Below, piece by piece: positions 34,616 through 44,671 of a DNA stretch of 64,000 nucleotides; position 1 is the first letter of the stretch; each line of letters opens with the position of its first letter. The notes beneath the pieces were generated by a model. It ran no database searches. It was given only the letters and a program-made list of their open reading frames with translations, and was not told where the DNA came from. The DNA is from Candidatus Saccharicenans sp. Its GTDB lineage: Bacteria > Acidobacteriota > Aminicenantia > Aminicenantales > Saccharicenantaceae. The DNA is taken from the NCBI GenBank assembly GCA_030017715.1, contig JASEIU010000001.1, positions 782,276 through 846,275 on the forward strand. The letters are read 5' to 3'. Made by a program: the position numbers and the translations under genes.

Positions 34616-35629
34616 TCAGGTCCGGGTTTTTTCTTCCTCGACCTTCCGCTCTCCAGCCAGCCTGGCCTTGAAGAGTTTTTTCAGGCCCTCAATTAAATCT
34701 TCTTTAAGACTCAGGTAGAGCTTGACGTAACGTTCACCGCCGGTAATTTCCAGAGAGTTAAGGGCCTGCCCGACTTCCGGGGCCTCTCCGCTCAGGCCCA
34801 GTCCCAGGGCTTTCAGCCCGCTCAGGGTTTCAGCTATTTTCTTGTGGCTGTCCGCGGAGTCGGCATAAATCTTAATCTCGGCCGAATAGCTTGGCTGCCG
34901 GTAATCGGTAAAAGAGGAAACATAGCGGACTTTCTCCATCAACTTGAAAGCCGGGTTATCGCCGGCTTCAGCCCTGACCAGACCGGTCGGGACAGTCAGC
35001 CAGCCGAAGGTCAGGGAGTTGGTGTTTATATCCCTGAGGTAAGGACGTTTGTCCTTGCTGGCCAGCAGGTTTGGAATCTTGCCCTTATAAACTTCTATTA
35101 TTTTCTTGACGGCTTTCTCGGAGCCGATGGCCAGATTGGAATCATCCAGGAAAGCCAGACAGCCGATAGCCGATTCTTCAATTTCTATGAACGGAAAAAA
35201 TGGAATCCCCTCATAATATTCCAGACTTGATTCTTGCTGACTCTCGGCCGGAATCAATTTCGAACGGTCGTATCTAAGGTTTACCAGGAGAACGGCGTTT
35301 TCGGCCGGTTTATTCATGTCGCCGGCCACGGCCGCCGCCACCAGGAAAACATCGTCGGTCAGGTTAACGAAGGCCTCGGCTTTTTTCCGGTAGGCGGCCA
35401 GCTCTTTTTCTTCCTCCAGCGTTTTTTGAACAGCTTTGAGATTAACCATCCGATTCCAGTTGGCTACCATGAAGGCCGAGGTATCGGCCGGCAACAAGGT
35501 CAGCATGTCCTGGCCGCGGGCCTTTCCGGCCACCGGGATTTGAGGGGTCGGAGCGCAGCCTGTCAGAATAAAAGATATAACCAGAAATAAACAAAAAACG
35601 GCGGGCAAACTGTTTTTCATGGCGGGCAT
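34616..35629 (-). CDS. Hypothetical lipoprotein
   Basis: 337 aa. Signal peptide with lipobox (..FILTGC). No recognisable family. Confidence 0.55.
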   Translation of the reverse strand: MPAMKNSLPAVFCLFLVISFILTGCAPTPQIPVAGKARGQDMLTLLPADTSAFMVANWNRMVNLKAVQKTLEEEKELAAYRKKAEAFVNLTDDVFLVAAAVAGDMNKPAENAVLLVNLRYDRSKLIPAESQQESSLEYYEGIPFFPFIEIEESAIGCLAFLDDSNLAIGSEKAVKKIIEVYKGKIPNLLASKDKRPYLRDINTNSLTFGWLTVPTGLVRAEAGDNPAFKLMEKVRYVSSFTDYRQPSYSAEIKIYADSADSHKKIAETLSGLKALGLGLSGEAPEVGQALNSLEITGGERYVKLYLSLKEDLIEGLKKLFKARLAGERKVEEEKTRT

Positions 35630-35785
35630 ATTTCTCTCCTTTATTTATTTATACGCAAATACCCATCTTCCGGTTCACCTCCCATATCTTATTACAGGAC
35701 TGCCGTCGGGCACAATAAATCTCTTGCCAATCGGGGGCGGACTGGGCTTAAATAATAAATCTGATTTCTGGCCGGCGGAGGTGCC

Positions 35786-37105
35786 ATGAAAAAAACAACT
35801 GGCCTTATCCTGTTAATGTTGGTTTTTTGCTTTCTGGCGACCGGACTTTTATTTTCCGGGGAAGGCTACCCACAGATCCTGTCGGTGAGGGAGCAGGCCC
35901 GGGTGGTCGACTCCTGGCTCGAGAAGAGACTGGAAGTCATTCTGCCCGAGGTCATGAGAAGGGAAGGAGTGGATATGTGGCTGGTCATCTGCCAGGAATA
36001 CAACGAAGACCCTGTTTATCTGACCCTGGTGCCATTCGAGCACCTTTCAGCCCGGAGACTGTCGATGCTGGTTTTCTTCGACCGGGGAAAGGAAAAGGGG
36101 CTGGAGAAGTTTTCTGTCAGCCGCTATCCGATCGGAAACCTCTACCGGGCAGTCTGGAATCCTGATAAGGAACCGGACCAGTGGAAAGCTCTGGCCGAGC
36201 AGATAAAAGCCCGTCGACCCCAAAAAATCGGTATTAATGAGTCGGCTACCTTTGCCTTTGCCGACGGGTTGACCTCGACCGGCAAGCAATTCCTGGCGAA
36301 GTATCTCGAACCGGAATATGCCAAGAGGTTGGTTTCGGCCGAGAGACTGGTGGTGGGGTGGCTGGAGCGAAGACTGCCGGAAGAAATAGAGGTCTATCAC
36401 CAGATTGTTCGCCTGGCCCATCATCTGATAGCCGAAGCCTTTTCCAACGCGGTCATCACGCCCGGAATCACCACCAGCGAGGATGTGGAATGGTGGTTCT
36501 GGCAGAAAATCAATTCACTGGGACTCAGAACCTGGTTTTCGCCCACGGTCGACATCCAGCGGCCACGGTCTTCTCCTTATAAGGATAATGTGATCAGGAG
36601 AGGCGACCTCCTTCATTGCGATGTCGGTCTGACCTATCTCCGACTTAATACTGACCACCAGGAGCTGGCTTATGTGCTGAAGCCCGGGGAGAGTCAGCCG
36701 CCGGCCGGGCTGAAGGCGGCTCTGTCCGCGGGAAACAGGCTCCAGGATATTCTGGTCTCAGAGTTTGCCGCCGGCCGAACCGGCAACCAGATTCTGGCTG
36801 CGGCCTTGAACCGGGCCCGGGCTGAGGGGCTTAAGGCCAGCATCTACACCCACCCTCTGGGCTTTCATGGACATGCGGCCGGACCGACCATCGGTCTCTG
36901 GGATAAACAGGGCGGCGTTCCGGGTCAGGGCGATTATGAGCTGTTTTCCGACACCTGTTATTCGATAGAACTCAACTGCCGCTGCCAGGTTCCCGAGTGG
37001 GATAACCAGGAGATAGTGGTCGGGCTGGAGCAGAATGCCGCCTTCACCCGTCAGGGGGTGGTCTATCTTGACGGCCGGCAGACAGCCTATCACCTGATTT
37101 ATTGA
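35786..37105 (+). CDS. M24 family metallopeptidase (Xaa-Pro peptidase-like), secreted/membrane-anchored
   Basis: 439 aa. N-terminal signal/TM. Pita-bread motifs RRGDLLHCDVGLTYLRLNTD.., HPLGFHGHAAGPTIG, YSIELN. Confidence 0.7.
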   Translation: MKKTTGLILLMLVFCFLATGLLFSGEGYPQILSVREQARVVDSWLEKRLEVILPEVMRREGVDMWLVICQEYNEDPVYLTLVPFEHLSARRLSMLVFFDRGKEKGLEKFSVSRYPIGNLYRAVWNPDKEPDQWKALAEQIKARRPQKIGINESATFAFADGLTSTGKQFLAKYLEPEYAKRLVSAERLVVGWLERRLPEEIEVYHQIVRLAHHLIAEAFSNAVITPGITTSEDVEWWFWQKINSLGLRTWFSPTVDIQRPRSSPYKDNVIRRGDLLHCDVGLTYLRLNTDHQELAYVLKPGESQPPAGLKAALSAGNRLQDILVSEFAAGRTGNQILAAALNRARAEGLKASIYTHPLGFHGHAAGPTIGLWDKQGGVPGQGDYELFSDTCYSIELNCRCQVPEWDNQEIVVGLEQNAAFTRQGVVYLDGRQTAYHLIY

Positions 37106-37302
37106 GCCGGACCCGGGTTAGACTGCCGACCCCGCGGTTGCCTCGCAGTTGCCGGTCAGACTTAATCTATGGAGCGGATTCTGGACCTTAAGACAGGCCG
37201 TGAGACTATATGGCCTCGGTTGCTCTTAAATCAACTTTTCCGGGTGAAATCTTCCCGGAAATTTAATATCTTATAACAATAAAAAATCTAAGGAGATTTC
37301 AC

Positions 37303-39945
37303 ATGATGAGCAGAGTTAAAGGCGCCCCGATGGCCGGGAGAATCATCCTGGCGGTGCTGTTCCTGCTGGCTCTGGGCCGGACAGGACTTGATTCGGCCGC
37401 TGTTCCGGAGGAAAGGGCCAACTATGAACTGGCCGCACGCTGGACCCCGGCCAGAGTGGCCAAGCTGGTCTTTGACCTGTCGGTTGAAGCCCGCTGGCTC
37501 AAGACCGGCGATCGTTTCTGGTACAGTTATGAAACGCCGCGGGGCAAGAGCTGGTACCTGGTGGACCCGGCTGCCCGCAGCCGCAGACCTCTTTTTGACA
37601 ACGCCCGGATGGCTGCCGACCTGACCAGGATTCTTCTGACTCCTTACGATGCCCAGCACCTGCCAATCAAGACCATAAAATTCGTCAAGAATGATACCGC
37701 CGTCCAGTTTGAGATTGAGGTACCTCTGGACAACGATATCTCCGTCGACGGCCAGGTGATGAAAGTCAGCGAGCTGGAAAAAAGGTTCCTCGAGCGCGAA
37801 AAAGAAAAAGAGAAAGAGCAAGACACCGAGATGGATAAAACCAGGGTGGAAAAAGAAAAACCAAAGGAGCCCGAGAAGAAAACCAGGATTCTCGGCTTTG
37901 AGTATGAACTTAGAGGCGGCCAGTTAACTCTGATCAAAGATTATCAGCCCAGGCCTAAAAGACCTCGCTGGGCTTCCATTTCTCCCGACCGGAAATGGGT
38001 AGTCTTCGCCCGCGACCATAATCTATTCATGATGGATGCCGATAATTACGCCCGGGCTCTGAAAAAAGCCGACGATAAAACCATCCAGGAAATCCAGTTG
38101 ACCACCGACGGCGAAGAATCTTACAGCTTCAGCCGCCGGCTCCGGGAAGAGGATATCAAGGAATTGCAGAAGGACGAGAAAGACCGGAAGGATTTCCGTC
38201 GGCCGGCGATAATGATTTTCTGGTCTCAGGATTCGAAAAAATTCGCCTGTATCCGGCAGGATGAAAGAAAAGTGGGAGAATTATGGGTGATCAACAGCCT
38301 GGCCAGCCCGCGGCCGATTCTGGAATCCTACAGATACGGAATGCCGGGAGAGGAGAATCAACCTCAGCCCGAGATCCTGGTGTTTGACCTGGCCAGCCGC
38401 GAACGGGTCAAGGTCAAAGCCGAGAAATTCAAGGACCCGACCTATAACATTTTTACCGCCCCGCGCCCGGCGGTGGTGGAAGACCCGGATGACCCGCCTG
38501 CGGTCACCTGGGTTTCGGAGACCTCAGACCGGCTGTATTTCGGCCGCCAGACCAGGGACCTTCACGGCTATGAAGTCTGCCTGGCCGACACCCGGAACGG
38601 CGAGGTCAGGACCATCATCAGCGAACGCCTGAACACCTACGTCGAATACCACCCGCTGCGGCTGATAAGAGGAGGCCGGGAGATAATCTGGTGGTCGGAA
38701 AGGGACGGCTGGGGACATTATTATCTTTATGACCGCGATGGCCGGCTCCTGCGCCAGATTACTTCCGGCGAATTTAATTGTCAGGAAGTGGTCGGAGTGG
38801 ACGAGAAAAACGGCTGGCTTTATTTCTCAGCCTGCGGGCGGGAGAAGGACCAGGACCCGTATTATGAACATCTTTACCGTGTCGGCCTGGACGGCACAGG
38901 CCTCAAGCTGCTGACCCCGGGCAACTTTAACCATTCCGTTTCCATGCCCGACTCGACTCGATTTTTTGTGGTCAATTACTCGCGGGTCGATGCCGTGCCA
39001 AAATCCGACCTGTACGATTCTGCGGGCAACAGGCTGCTGGAGCTGGAAACAGTGGAGGCCGGTAACCTCCTGGCGGCCGGATTTAAGTTTCCGGAGACCT
39101 TCACGGTTAAAGCCGCGGATGGAATTACCGACCTGTATGGAGTAATGTATAAGCCGTTTGATTTCGACCCGAACAAAAAGTATCCCATCATAGCCTATGT
39201 CTATCCAGGACCGCAGACAGAAAGCGTTTCCAAGAGCTTTGCTCCCAGGAACCAGAACGTTGCTCTGGCCCAGCTGGGTTTCGTGGTCATCGAGGTCGGA
39301 AACCGCGGCGGCAGTCCGATGCGCTCCAAGTGGTACCACAATTACGGTTACGGAAATCTGCGCGATTACGGACTGGCCGATAAGAAGGCGGCCATCGAAC
39401 AGCTGGCCGCCCGGCATCCCTTCATCGATATCAACAGGGTGGGAATCTACGGGCATTCCGGCGGAGGTTTTATGACGGCCGCCGCCCTGCTGGTTTATCC
39501 CGATTTTTTCAAGGTGGGAGTGTCCTCGTCGGGAAACCATGAGAACAACATCTACAACCGCTGGTGGAGCGAAAAGCATCACGGGGTGAAGGAAGTCGTG
39601 GATAAAGACGGCCAGGTTAAGTTTGAGTACAGCATCGAAAAAAACTCAGAACTGGCCCGGAATCTGAAGGGCCGTCTGCTCCTGGTCACGGGGGACATCG
39701 ATGACAACGTCCATCCGGCCAACACCTTACGCCTGGCCGCGGCCCTGATCAAGGCCGGAAAACGTTTTGACTTTTTCATCTTCCCCGGCCAGCGGCACGG
39801 CTACGGAGACATGAACGACTACTGGTTCTGGATAAAGGCTGATTATTTCGCCCGGCATCTGCTGGGCGATTTTTCGCAATCGGTCGACCTGGTGGAATTG
39901 CAACGGGAAAAGGAGCAGAGCGGGGATAAGAAAGCCGGCCGCTGA
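37303..39945 (+). CDS. S9 family peptidase, dipeptidyl-peptidase IV-like (beta-propeller + alpha/beta hydrolase)
   Basis: 880 aa. Signal peptide. DPP-IV N-terminal propeller. Catalytic domain with YGHSGGGFMTAAAL (GxSxG), ..TGDIDDNVHP.. (Asp), ..GQRHGY.. (His). Contains a Lys/Glu-rich insert EKRFLEREKEKEKEQDTEMDKTRVEKEKPKEPEKK. Confidence 0.85.
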   Translation: MMSRVKGAPMAGRIILAVLFLLALGRTGLDSAAVPEERANYELAARWTPARVAKLVFDLSVEARWLKTGDRFWYSYETPRGKSWYLVDPAARSRRPLFDNARMAADLTRILLTPYDAQHLPIKTIKFVKNDTAVQFEIEVPLDNDISVDGQVMKVSELEKRFLEREKEKEKEQDTEMDKTRVEKEKPKEPEKKTRILGFEYELRGGQLTLIKDYQPRPKRPRWASISPDRKWVVFARDHNLFMMDADNYARALKKADDKTIQEIQLTTDGEESYSFSRRLREEDIKELQKDEKDRKDFRRPAIMIFWSQDSKKFACIRQDERKVGELWVINSLASPRPILESYRYGMPGEENQPQPEILVFDLASRERVKVKAEKFKDPTYNIFTAPRPAVVEDPDDPPAVTWVSETSDRLYFGRQTRDLHGYEVCLADTRNGEVRTIISERLNTYVEYHPLRLIRGGREIIWWSERDGWGHYYLYDRDGRLLRQITSGEFNCQEVVGVDEKNGWLYFSACGREKDQDPYYEHLYRVGLDGTGLKLLTPGNFNHSVSMPDSTRFFVVNYSRVDAVPKSDLYDSAGNRLLELETVEAGNLLAAGFKFPETFTVKAADGITDLYGVMYKPFDFDPNKKYPIIAYVYPGPQTESVSKSFAPRNQNVALAQLGFVVIEVGNRGGSPMRSKWYHNYGYGNLRDYGLADKKAAIEQLAARHPFIDINRVGIYGHSGGGFMTAAALLVYPDFFKVGVSSSGNHENNIYNRWWSEKHHGVKEVVDKDGQVKFEYSIEKNSELARNLKGRLLLVTGDIDDNVHPANTLRLAAALIKAGKRFDFFIFPGQRHGYGDMNDYWFWIKADYFARHLLGDFSQSVDLVELQREKEQSGDKKAGR

Positions 39946-40040
39946 AACGAGGCTACCGCCCGGAAGGGCAGTTGGCGAGAAGATTTTTTCTGATAAAATG
40001 GTTTTCTGTATATCCGGCCTTAAAGACATAAGGAGGGAGA

Positions 40041-40592
40041 TTGATGACCCTGGATGAAATCATAAAACACCGGCGCAGCATACGTCGCTATGCGGAGCAG
40101 CCGGTGGAAAGGGAAAAAATCCTGGCCTGCCTGGAGGCGGCCCGACTGGCTCCTTCAGCCCATAACTCCCAGCCCTGGCGGTTTCTGGTGATAGACGAAC
40201 CGGAGTTAAAGAACCGGGTGGCCGAAAAGGCTTTTTCCGGCCTCTATTCTTCCTGCCGATTTGCGGCCCGGGCTCCGGTGCTGGTTCTGCTGCTGGCCAA
40301 GAAGGATTTAATGGCCAACGGGCTGGGGAGAATGGTCCAGGGGACGCAATTCTATCTGCTGGACCTGGGGATTGCCGGCGAACATTTCGTGCTGAAGGCA
40401 GAAGAACTTGGATTGAGCACCTGCTGGCTCGGCTGGTTCAACATCAGGGGCGTTCGGAAGATCTTGAAAATGCCGCGGCGCTACCGGCCGGTGGCCATAA
40501 TCTCACTGGGCTATGCTGCCAGCCGCCCGCCCGGAGACCATGTCAGGAAAAGGCTGGAGGAAATCGCCTGGTTCAACCGGATTGGAGGCTGA
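40041..40592 (+). CDS. Nitroreductase family protein
   Basis: 183 aa. RRSIRRY..LEAARLAPSAHNSQPWRFLVI is the nitroreductase FMN-binding signature. Confidence 0.85.
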   Translation: MMTLDEIIKHRRSIRRYAEQPVEREKILACLEAARLAPSAHNSQPWRFLVIDEPELKNRVAEKAFSGLYSSCRFAARAPVLVLLLAKKDLMANGLGRMVQGTQFYLLDLGIAGEHFVLKAEELGLSTCWLGWFNIRGVRKILKMPRRYRPVAIISLGYAASRPPGDHVRKRLEEIAWFNRIGG

Positions 40593-40657
40593 AGGCTTTT
40601 CTGGTTCCCGGGTATGCATCCGGCGGCGACAAACGGCCTGGTGAATAGACCCGACTG

Positions 40658-41833
40658 ATGAGGAGAAAGGACTTGATAATTTTTCTGCTGATTGTCCTTC
40701 TTATTTACGGCTCAATTAACGGTTACATCTTATGGCGCGGACTTCAGGCTCTGTCGGGGTCGGGTCCGGCCCGGTTGATTTTCAGCCTGCTTTTTCTGGG
40801 CTCGGTCCTGGCCTTTCCGCTGGGACGAATCCTTAATGTCAGGCTCCATTCGCACCTGACCGAAGGCCTGATCTCTCTGGGCTCCTACCACCTGGCGCTG
40901 ATGCTCTATCTTTTCCTGCTGCTATTCATAAAAGATATGATTCGCCTGGCCGGGAAGCTGGCCGGCTGGCCGGCGGCAGAATCGGGCTGGCTGTCGGTCA
41001 GGCATCCGGCCTCTTTCCTGGTCATCGTGGGTCTGTCGCTTCTGGTGATGGTGGCCGGTCATCTCAACGCCATAAACACCAGGATTAAGGTCCTGGAACT
41101 AAATATAAATAAAAAAGTCCCGGCCGGGTCCGAGCTCCGGGCCGTGTTAATATCAGACATCCACCTGGGAATTATCAACCGCTCCGGCCGCCTGGAAAAA
41201 ATTGTCAGGCAGGTCAACCGGCTCCGTCCCGACGTAGTCTTTTTTGCCGGGGATATAGTTGACGAGGGGGTTTCACTGGAAGAAGAAGAGAAAATGGTCG
41301 GTTTGCTGAGAAAGATAGAAGCCCCTCTCGGCCTGTATGCCTGCCCAGGTAATCACGAGTACTATGGAGGCTTTGAGCGGAACATATCTTACCTGGAGAA
41401 AGCCGGCCTGAAGGTTCTGCTGGACAGGGCAGTCCGGATAGAGGGCTGGTTATATGTTATCGGCAGAAAAGACTGGGCGGCTCTGCGCTCCGGGCAGAAG
41501 AGACTGTCGCTCCGGGAAATCATGGACCGGGACGGCGTTGACCTGACCTGGCCGGTGGTGGTGCTGGACCATCAACCGCTTTATCTCCAGGAACCGGCTG
41601 AAGCCGGGGTGGACCTGCAGCTTTCCGGCCATACCCATGCCGGACAGTTGTTTCCGCTGGATATCATCAACAGACTGGTTTACGAGAAAAACTGGGGCTA
41701 CCTGAAGAAGGGGCCGACCCATATCTATGTTTCCTCGGGTTCAGGGACATGGGGGCCGGCGGTCCGGACCGGCAGCCGCTCGGAAATCATCCTGCTCAGG
41801 CTCAGGTTCGAGGGCGAGGGCCGGGAGAAATAG
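40658..41833 (+). CDS. Metallophosphoesterase (calcineurin-like) with N-terminal membrane domain
   Basis: 391 aa. Four N-terminal TM helices, then ..LISDIHLG..FFAGDIVDEG..PGNHEYY..LDHQP..SGHTHAGQ metal-binding motifs. Confidence 0.8.
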   Translation: MRRKDLIIFLLIVLLIYGSINGYILWRGLQALSGSGPARLIFSLLFLGSVLAFPLGRILNVRLHSHLTEGLISLGSYHLALMLYLFLLLFIKDMIRLAGKLAGWPAAESGWLSVRHPASFLVIVGLSLLVMVAGHLNAINTRIKVLELNINKKVPAGSELRAVLISDIHLGIINRSGRLEKIVRQVNRLRPDVVFFAGDIVDEGVSLEEEEKMVGLLRKIEAPLGLYACPGNHEYYGGFERNISYLEKAGLKVLLDRAVRIEGWLYVIGRKDWAALRSGQKRLSLREIMDRDGVDLTWPVVVLDHQPLYLQEPAEAGVDLQLSGHTHAGQLFPLDIINRLVYEKNWGYLKKGPTHIYVSSGSGTWGPAVRTGSRSEIILLRLRFEGEGREK

Positions 41834-41883
41834 CGGCTGGCGGCTTCCGGGGCCGAACTTAAAATAAAAAGCTTCCGTAAGAC

Positions 41884-42429
41884 CTATCTCTTTCCTGCCC
41901 TGCCGGCATCGTAACGCTTGATGACCTCATCGGTTATGTCCAGCTCAGGTTTGTAATGAATCAGGCCGGAGGTGCTGAGGTCAAAGACCAGCTCGTAGCC
42001 TCTTTCCCTGATCAGCTCGTCTATTACGGCCAGCATTTCCTCCCGGATTCTTTTTATCAACTGGCTTTTGAATTGCTCGAAATTGCGGCTGTTTTCCTGT
42101 TCGTATTTCTGACGGTCGGCTTCTTTGCGGTCTATTTCCTGCTGCAGCTCCTTCCGGGCTTCGGGATTAAGAGTCAGGCTCTGGCTGTCCAGTTTCTGTT
42201 TCAGAGCCTTGATTTCCTCATCCATTTTTTTAAGTTCGGTTTTAAGCAGCTCTTCTCTTTCCTGAAGAATGGCCACCGCTTTTTTGCCTTCCAGCGACTG
42301 GTCGAAGGCTTTCTGCGAGTTCACAATGGCCACCTTTACCTGGCTCAGGGCCCGGGCCGGGAGCCAGACGGCGACGACCGACAGCATAAGAATTAGAGTC
42401 AGCTTTCTGAAAAAGCCTGAGTTTTTCAT
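41884..42429 (-). CDS. OmpH/Skp family periplasmic chaperone
   Basis: 181 aa. Signal peptide, then ..VKVAIVNSQKAF.. and a long coiled-coil region, typical of Skp/OmpH. Confidence 0.8.
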   Translation of the reverse strand: MKNSGFFRKLTLILMLSVVAVWLPARALSQVKVAIVNSQKAFDQSLEGKKAVAILQEREELLKTELKKMDEEIKALKQKLDSQSLTLNPEARKELQQEIDRKEADRQKYEQENSRNFEQFKSQLIKRIREEMLAVIDELIRERGYELVFDLSTSGLIHYKPELDITDEVIKRYDAGRAGKR

Positions 42430-42461
42430 CGTATACCTCCTTGAGGCCGGAATCCTCAGAC

Positions 42462-43571
42462 TCAGAGGGCAGAGATCACTTCAGCCACCCTGTACAGGGC
42501 TTTCTCCAGATAATCCCGGCTGGAGCCGTAACCGAAACGCAGATGCTGGTCCAGCTCGAAATGGTCTCCGGGGACCAGGAGCACGCTCTTTTCCTTGAGG
42601 ATTTTCTCCACCAGCTCGGTGGAATTGACCTGGAGATTGTAACGGGCAAAAAGGATGGCTCCGGCCTGAGGGGGAAGATAACTGAACAGGCCGTTAAAGC
42701 TGTTCAGCCAGTTTTCCAGAGCCGGCAGATTGCCGTTCAGTATGTCCCTGGTTCTTTTCAGTATTTTTTGCCGTCTTTCCGGCTCCAGCACCCTGGTCGC
42801 CAGGTGGTCGGTCAGGGCCGAAACCGAAATCGTGGTGTAATCGTGGTAGGTCCAGATTTTTCTGACCAGTTCCGTCGGTCCGGCCAGCCAGCCCAGCCTC
42901 AAGCCTGGCAGGCCGTAAGCTTTTGATAAACCGGCTACCACGACCACCCGTTCGTAGCTTCCCCAGAAGGATGGTGTTTCCAGACCGTTTCGTTCAGCTC
43001 CCCGGTAGACTTCGTCCACCAGCAGCCAGGCCCCGACCTTTTCGGCTTGCCTGACGATTTCCTCTCTTACCTCGCGGCTGAGGATGGACCCGGTCGGGTT
43101 GTTGGGATTGGTCAGGATGATGAGCCTGGTGTTGCCGTTGACCAGCTTTCTGAGGTCGTCCGGGTCGGGCTGCCAGCCCAGCTCCGGCCGCAGCCAGAGC
43201 GGCTTGACCCGGGCCCCAAAGCTCCGGCAGAGGCCCCACATCTGCATGTAATTGGGCAACTCAAACACCACTTCGTCGCCCGGTTCCAGCAGCGACCACA
43301 TCAGCAGGAAATTGGCTTCTGAGGACCCGGCACTGACCATGATCTGTTCCGGGTCCATTCCAGGATAAAGCCGGGCTATATTTTCCCGGAGCCGGGGGGT
43401 GCCGTTGGTCTGAGTGTAGCCGATTTCTACCCGGGCCAGCTCTTCCAGCTCGTCGGGCAGAAGAAGCTCTTTCAGGTTTAGCGGGTGGACGCCGCTCTCT
43501 GACAGGTTGTAGTCCACCACATTCTCCCAGAGCGATTGCATTCTTTCCATTTTGAAGATTTCAATTTTCAC
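42462..43571 (-). CDS. Pyridoxal-phosphate-dependent aminotransferase, class I/II
   Basis: 369 aa. ..NPNNPTGS.., ..VVVAGLSKAYGLPGLRLGW.. (PLP-Lys motif SKAY). Confidence 0.8.
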   Translation of the reverse strand: MKIEIFKMERMQSLWENVVDYNLSESGVHPLNLKELLLPDELEELARVEIGYTQTNGTPRLRENIARLYPGMDPEQIMVSAGSSEANFLLMWSLLEPGDEVVFELPNYMQMWGLCRSFGARVKPLWLRPELGWQPDPDDLRKLVNGNTRLIILTNPNNPTGSILSREVREEIVRQAEKVGAWLLVDEVYRGAERNGLETPSFWGSYERVVVVAGLSKAYGLPGLRLGWLAGPTELVRKIWTYHDYTTISVSALTDHLATRVLEPERRQKILKRTRDILNGNLPALENWLNSFNGLFSYLPPQAGAILFARYNLQVNSTELVEKILKEKSVLLVPGDHFELDQHLRFGYGSSRDYLEKALYRVAEVISAL

Positions 43572-43596
43572 GATGCCATCCTTTTATTTAATATTA

Positions 43597-44427
43597 TTAG
43601 ATTTCCACCCGGAACAGGCCTTTCAGGGCCAGGCCCAGTATGACCGAGAGCAGGAAATAGGCCAGAAGCCAGTGCAGACCGATTCCCGCCAGGCTGAGCC
43701 TCTGCGGCTGCAGGTTCAGTTCTATGCGCTTCAGCAGTGAATCGGCTGGTAACGGTTTTTCCCCGGGATAGGGAAGTTCCTGCCAGAGGTTCCTTTTTAC
43801 CCTGACTGCGGAAACTCTGGACAACCGGCTTTTCCCGGCCGGAATCTGTTTCTGGTACCTTTCACCGTTAACCTGGATGACCAGCGGTTCCCGCACAGGC
43901 CCGGTAACTTTCAGCCTCCAGGCCACTTGGCCCTCGTCGAGGATTCTGACCGGCGGGGTTTCAACGAGCAGTCCGTCGGGCGCTTCCAGGTCCAGGTTCA
44001 ATCGTTCCAGGTCCACAGTTTTAATAAAACTGGCTTTGACCAGAAAAGTTTCACCGGGGCGGGGAGGTTGTGAGGCAAACCAGAGGTTGAGCTGAGCCAG
44101 AATCAGAAAGATCGGCCATATCATGACCAGCAGAGGTTTGAGGTTATAGAGCAGGTATTGAAGGTTGGCCGAAAGCAGCTCTTTCTGGCTCTGGAGCTGG
44201 GTGCGCATATCGTTCTGAAAAAGCCTGATTTCCAGCAAGCTGGCTTTGAGGCGATTTTTAACCCGTCTGATCCCTTGCTGGTTGGATATCTTCTTATAGA
44301 TAAACAGCATCAACAGTGCGGTCAGAAGGGAGATCACCAGCATGGCCACCCAGGGAGGCAGGGATGAAAAGGGCAGGAAGAGAAGGTTAATCAGACTGCC
44401 GACCGCCTTGTTAAGCCACCAGACCAT
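43597..44427 (-). CDS. Hypothetical membrane protein (TM - coiled-coil - TM - soluble domain - TM)
   Basis: 276 aa. TM at ~25-45, amphipathic/coiled-coil stretch, TM at ~95-115, about 130 aa soluble domain, C-terminal TM. No confident family. Confidence 0.5.
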   Translation of the reverse strand: MVWWLNKAVGSLINLLFLPFSSLPPWVAMLVISLLTALLMLFIYKKISNQQGIRRVKNRLKASLLEIRLFQNDMRTQLQSQKELLSANLQYLLYNLKPLLVMIWPIFLILAQLNLWFASQPPRPGETFLVKASFIKTVDLERLNLDLEAPDGLLVETPPVRILDEGQVAWRLKVTGPVREPLVIQVNGERYQKQIPAGKSRLSRVSAVRVKRNLWQELPYPGEKPLPADSLLKRIELNLQPQRLSLAGIGLHWLLAYFLLSVILGLALKGLFRVEI

Positions 44428-44447
44428 GGTTCCCGGTACCGCCGGCC

Positions 44448-44639
44448 TCAGGAAATATAGCCCAGGCCCTTCAGCCTTTTCTTGATTTCTTCCTCCGAAT
44501 CGGCGCCCTCGAACCTGGCCACTTCTTTTTCCAGGACGTGAACGATGAATTCTTCGGGCGAACTGTAGCCAGCCGCTTCGGCGATCTTTTCGAGTTTTTG
44601 GTAAAGCTCTTTTTCCAGCTTGATTTTGACCTTGCCCAT
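44448..44639 (-). CDS. Small ribbon-helix-helix-like protein
   Basis: 63 aa. MGKVKIKLEKELYQKLEKIAEAAGYSSPEEFIVHVLEKEV has the beta-strand plus two helices pattern of RHH (CopG/Arc-like) proteins. Confidence 0.5.
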   Translation of the reverse strand: MGKVKIKLEKELYQKLEKIAEAAGYSSPEEFIVHVLEKEVARFEGADSEEEIKKRLKGLGYIS

Positions 44640-44671
44640 GGTTTATCTCCTTTTCTGAGCCTCAGCCCGGC

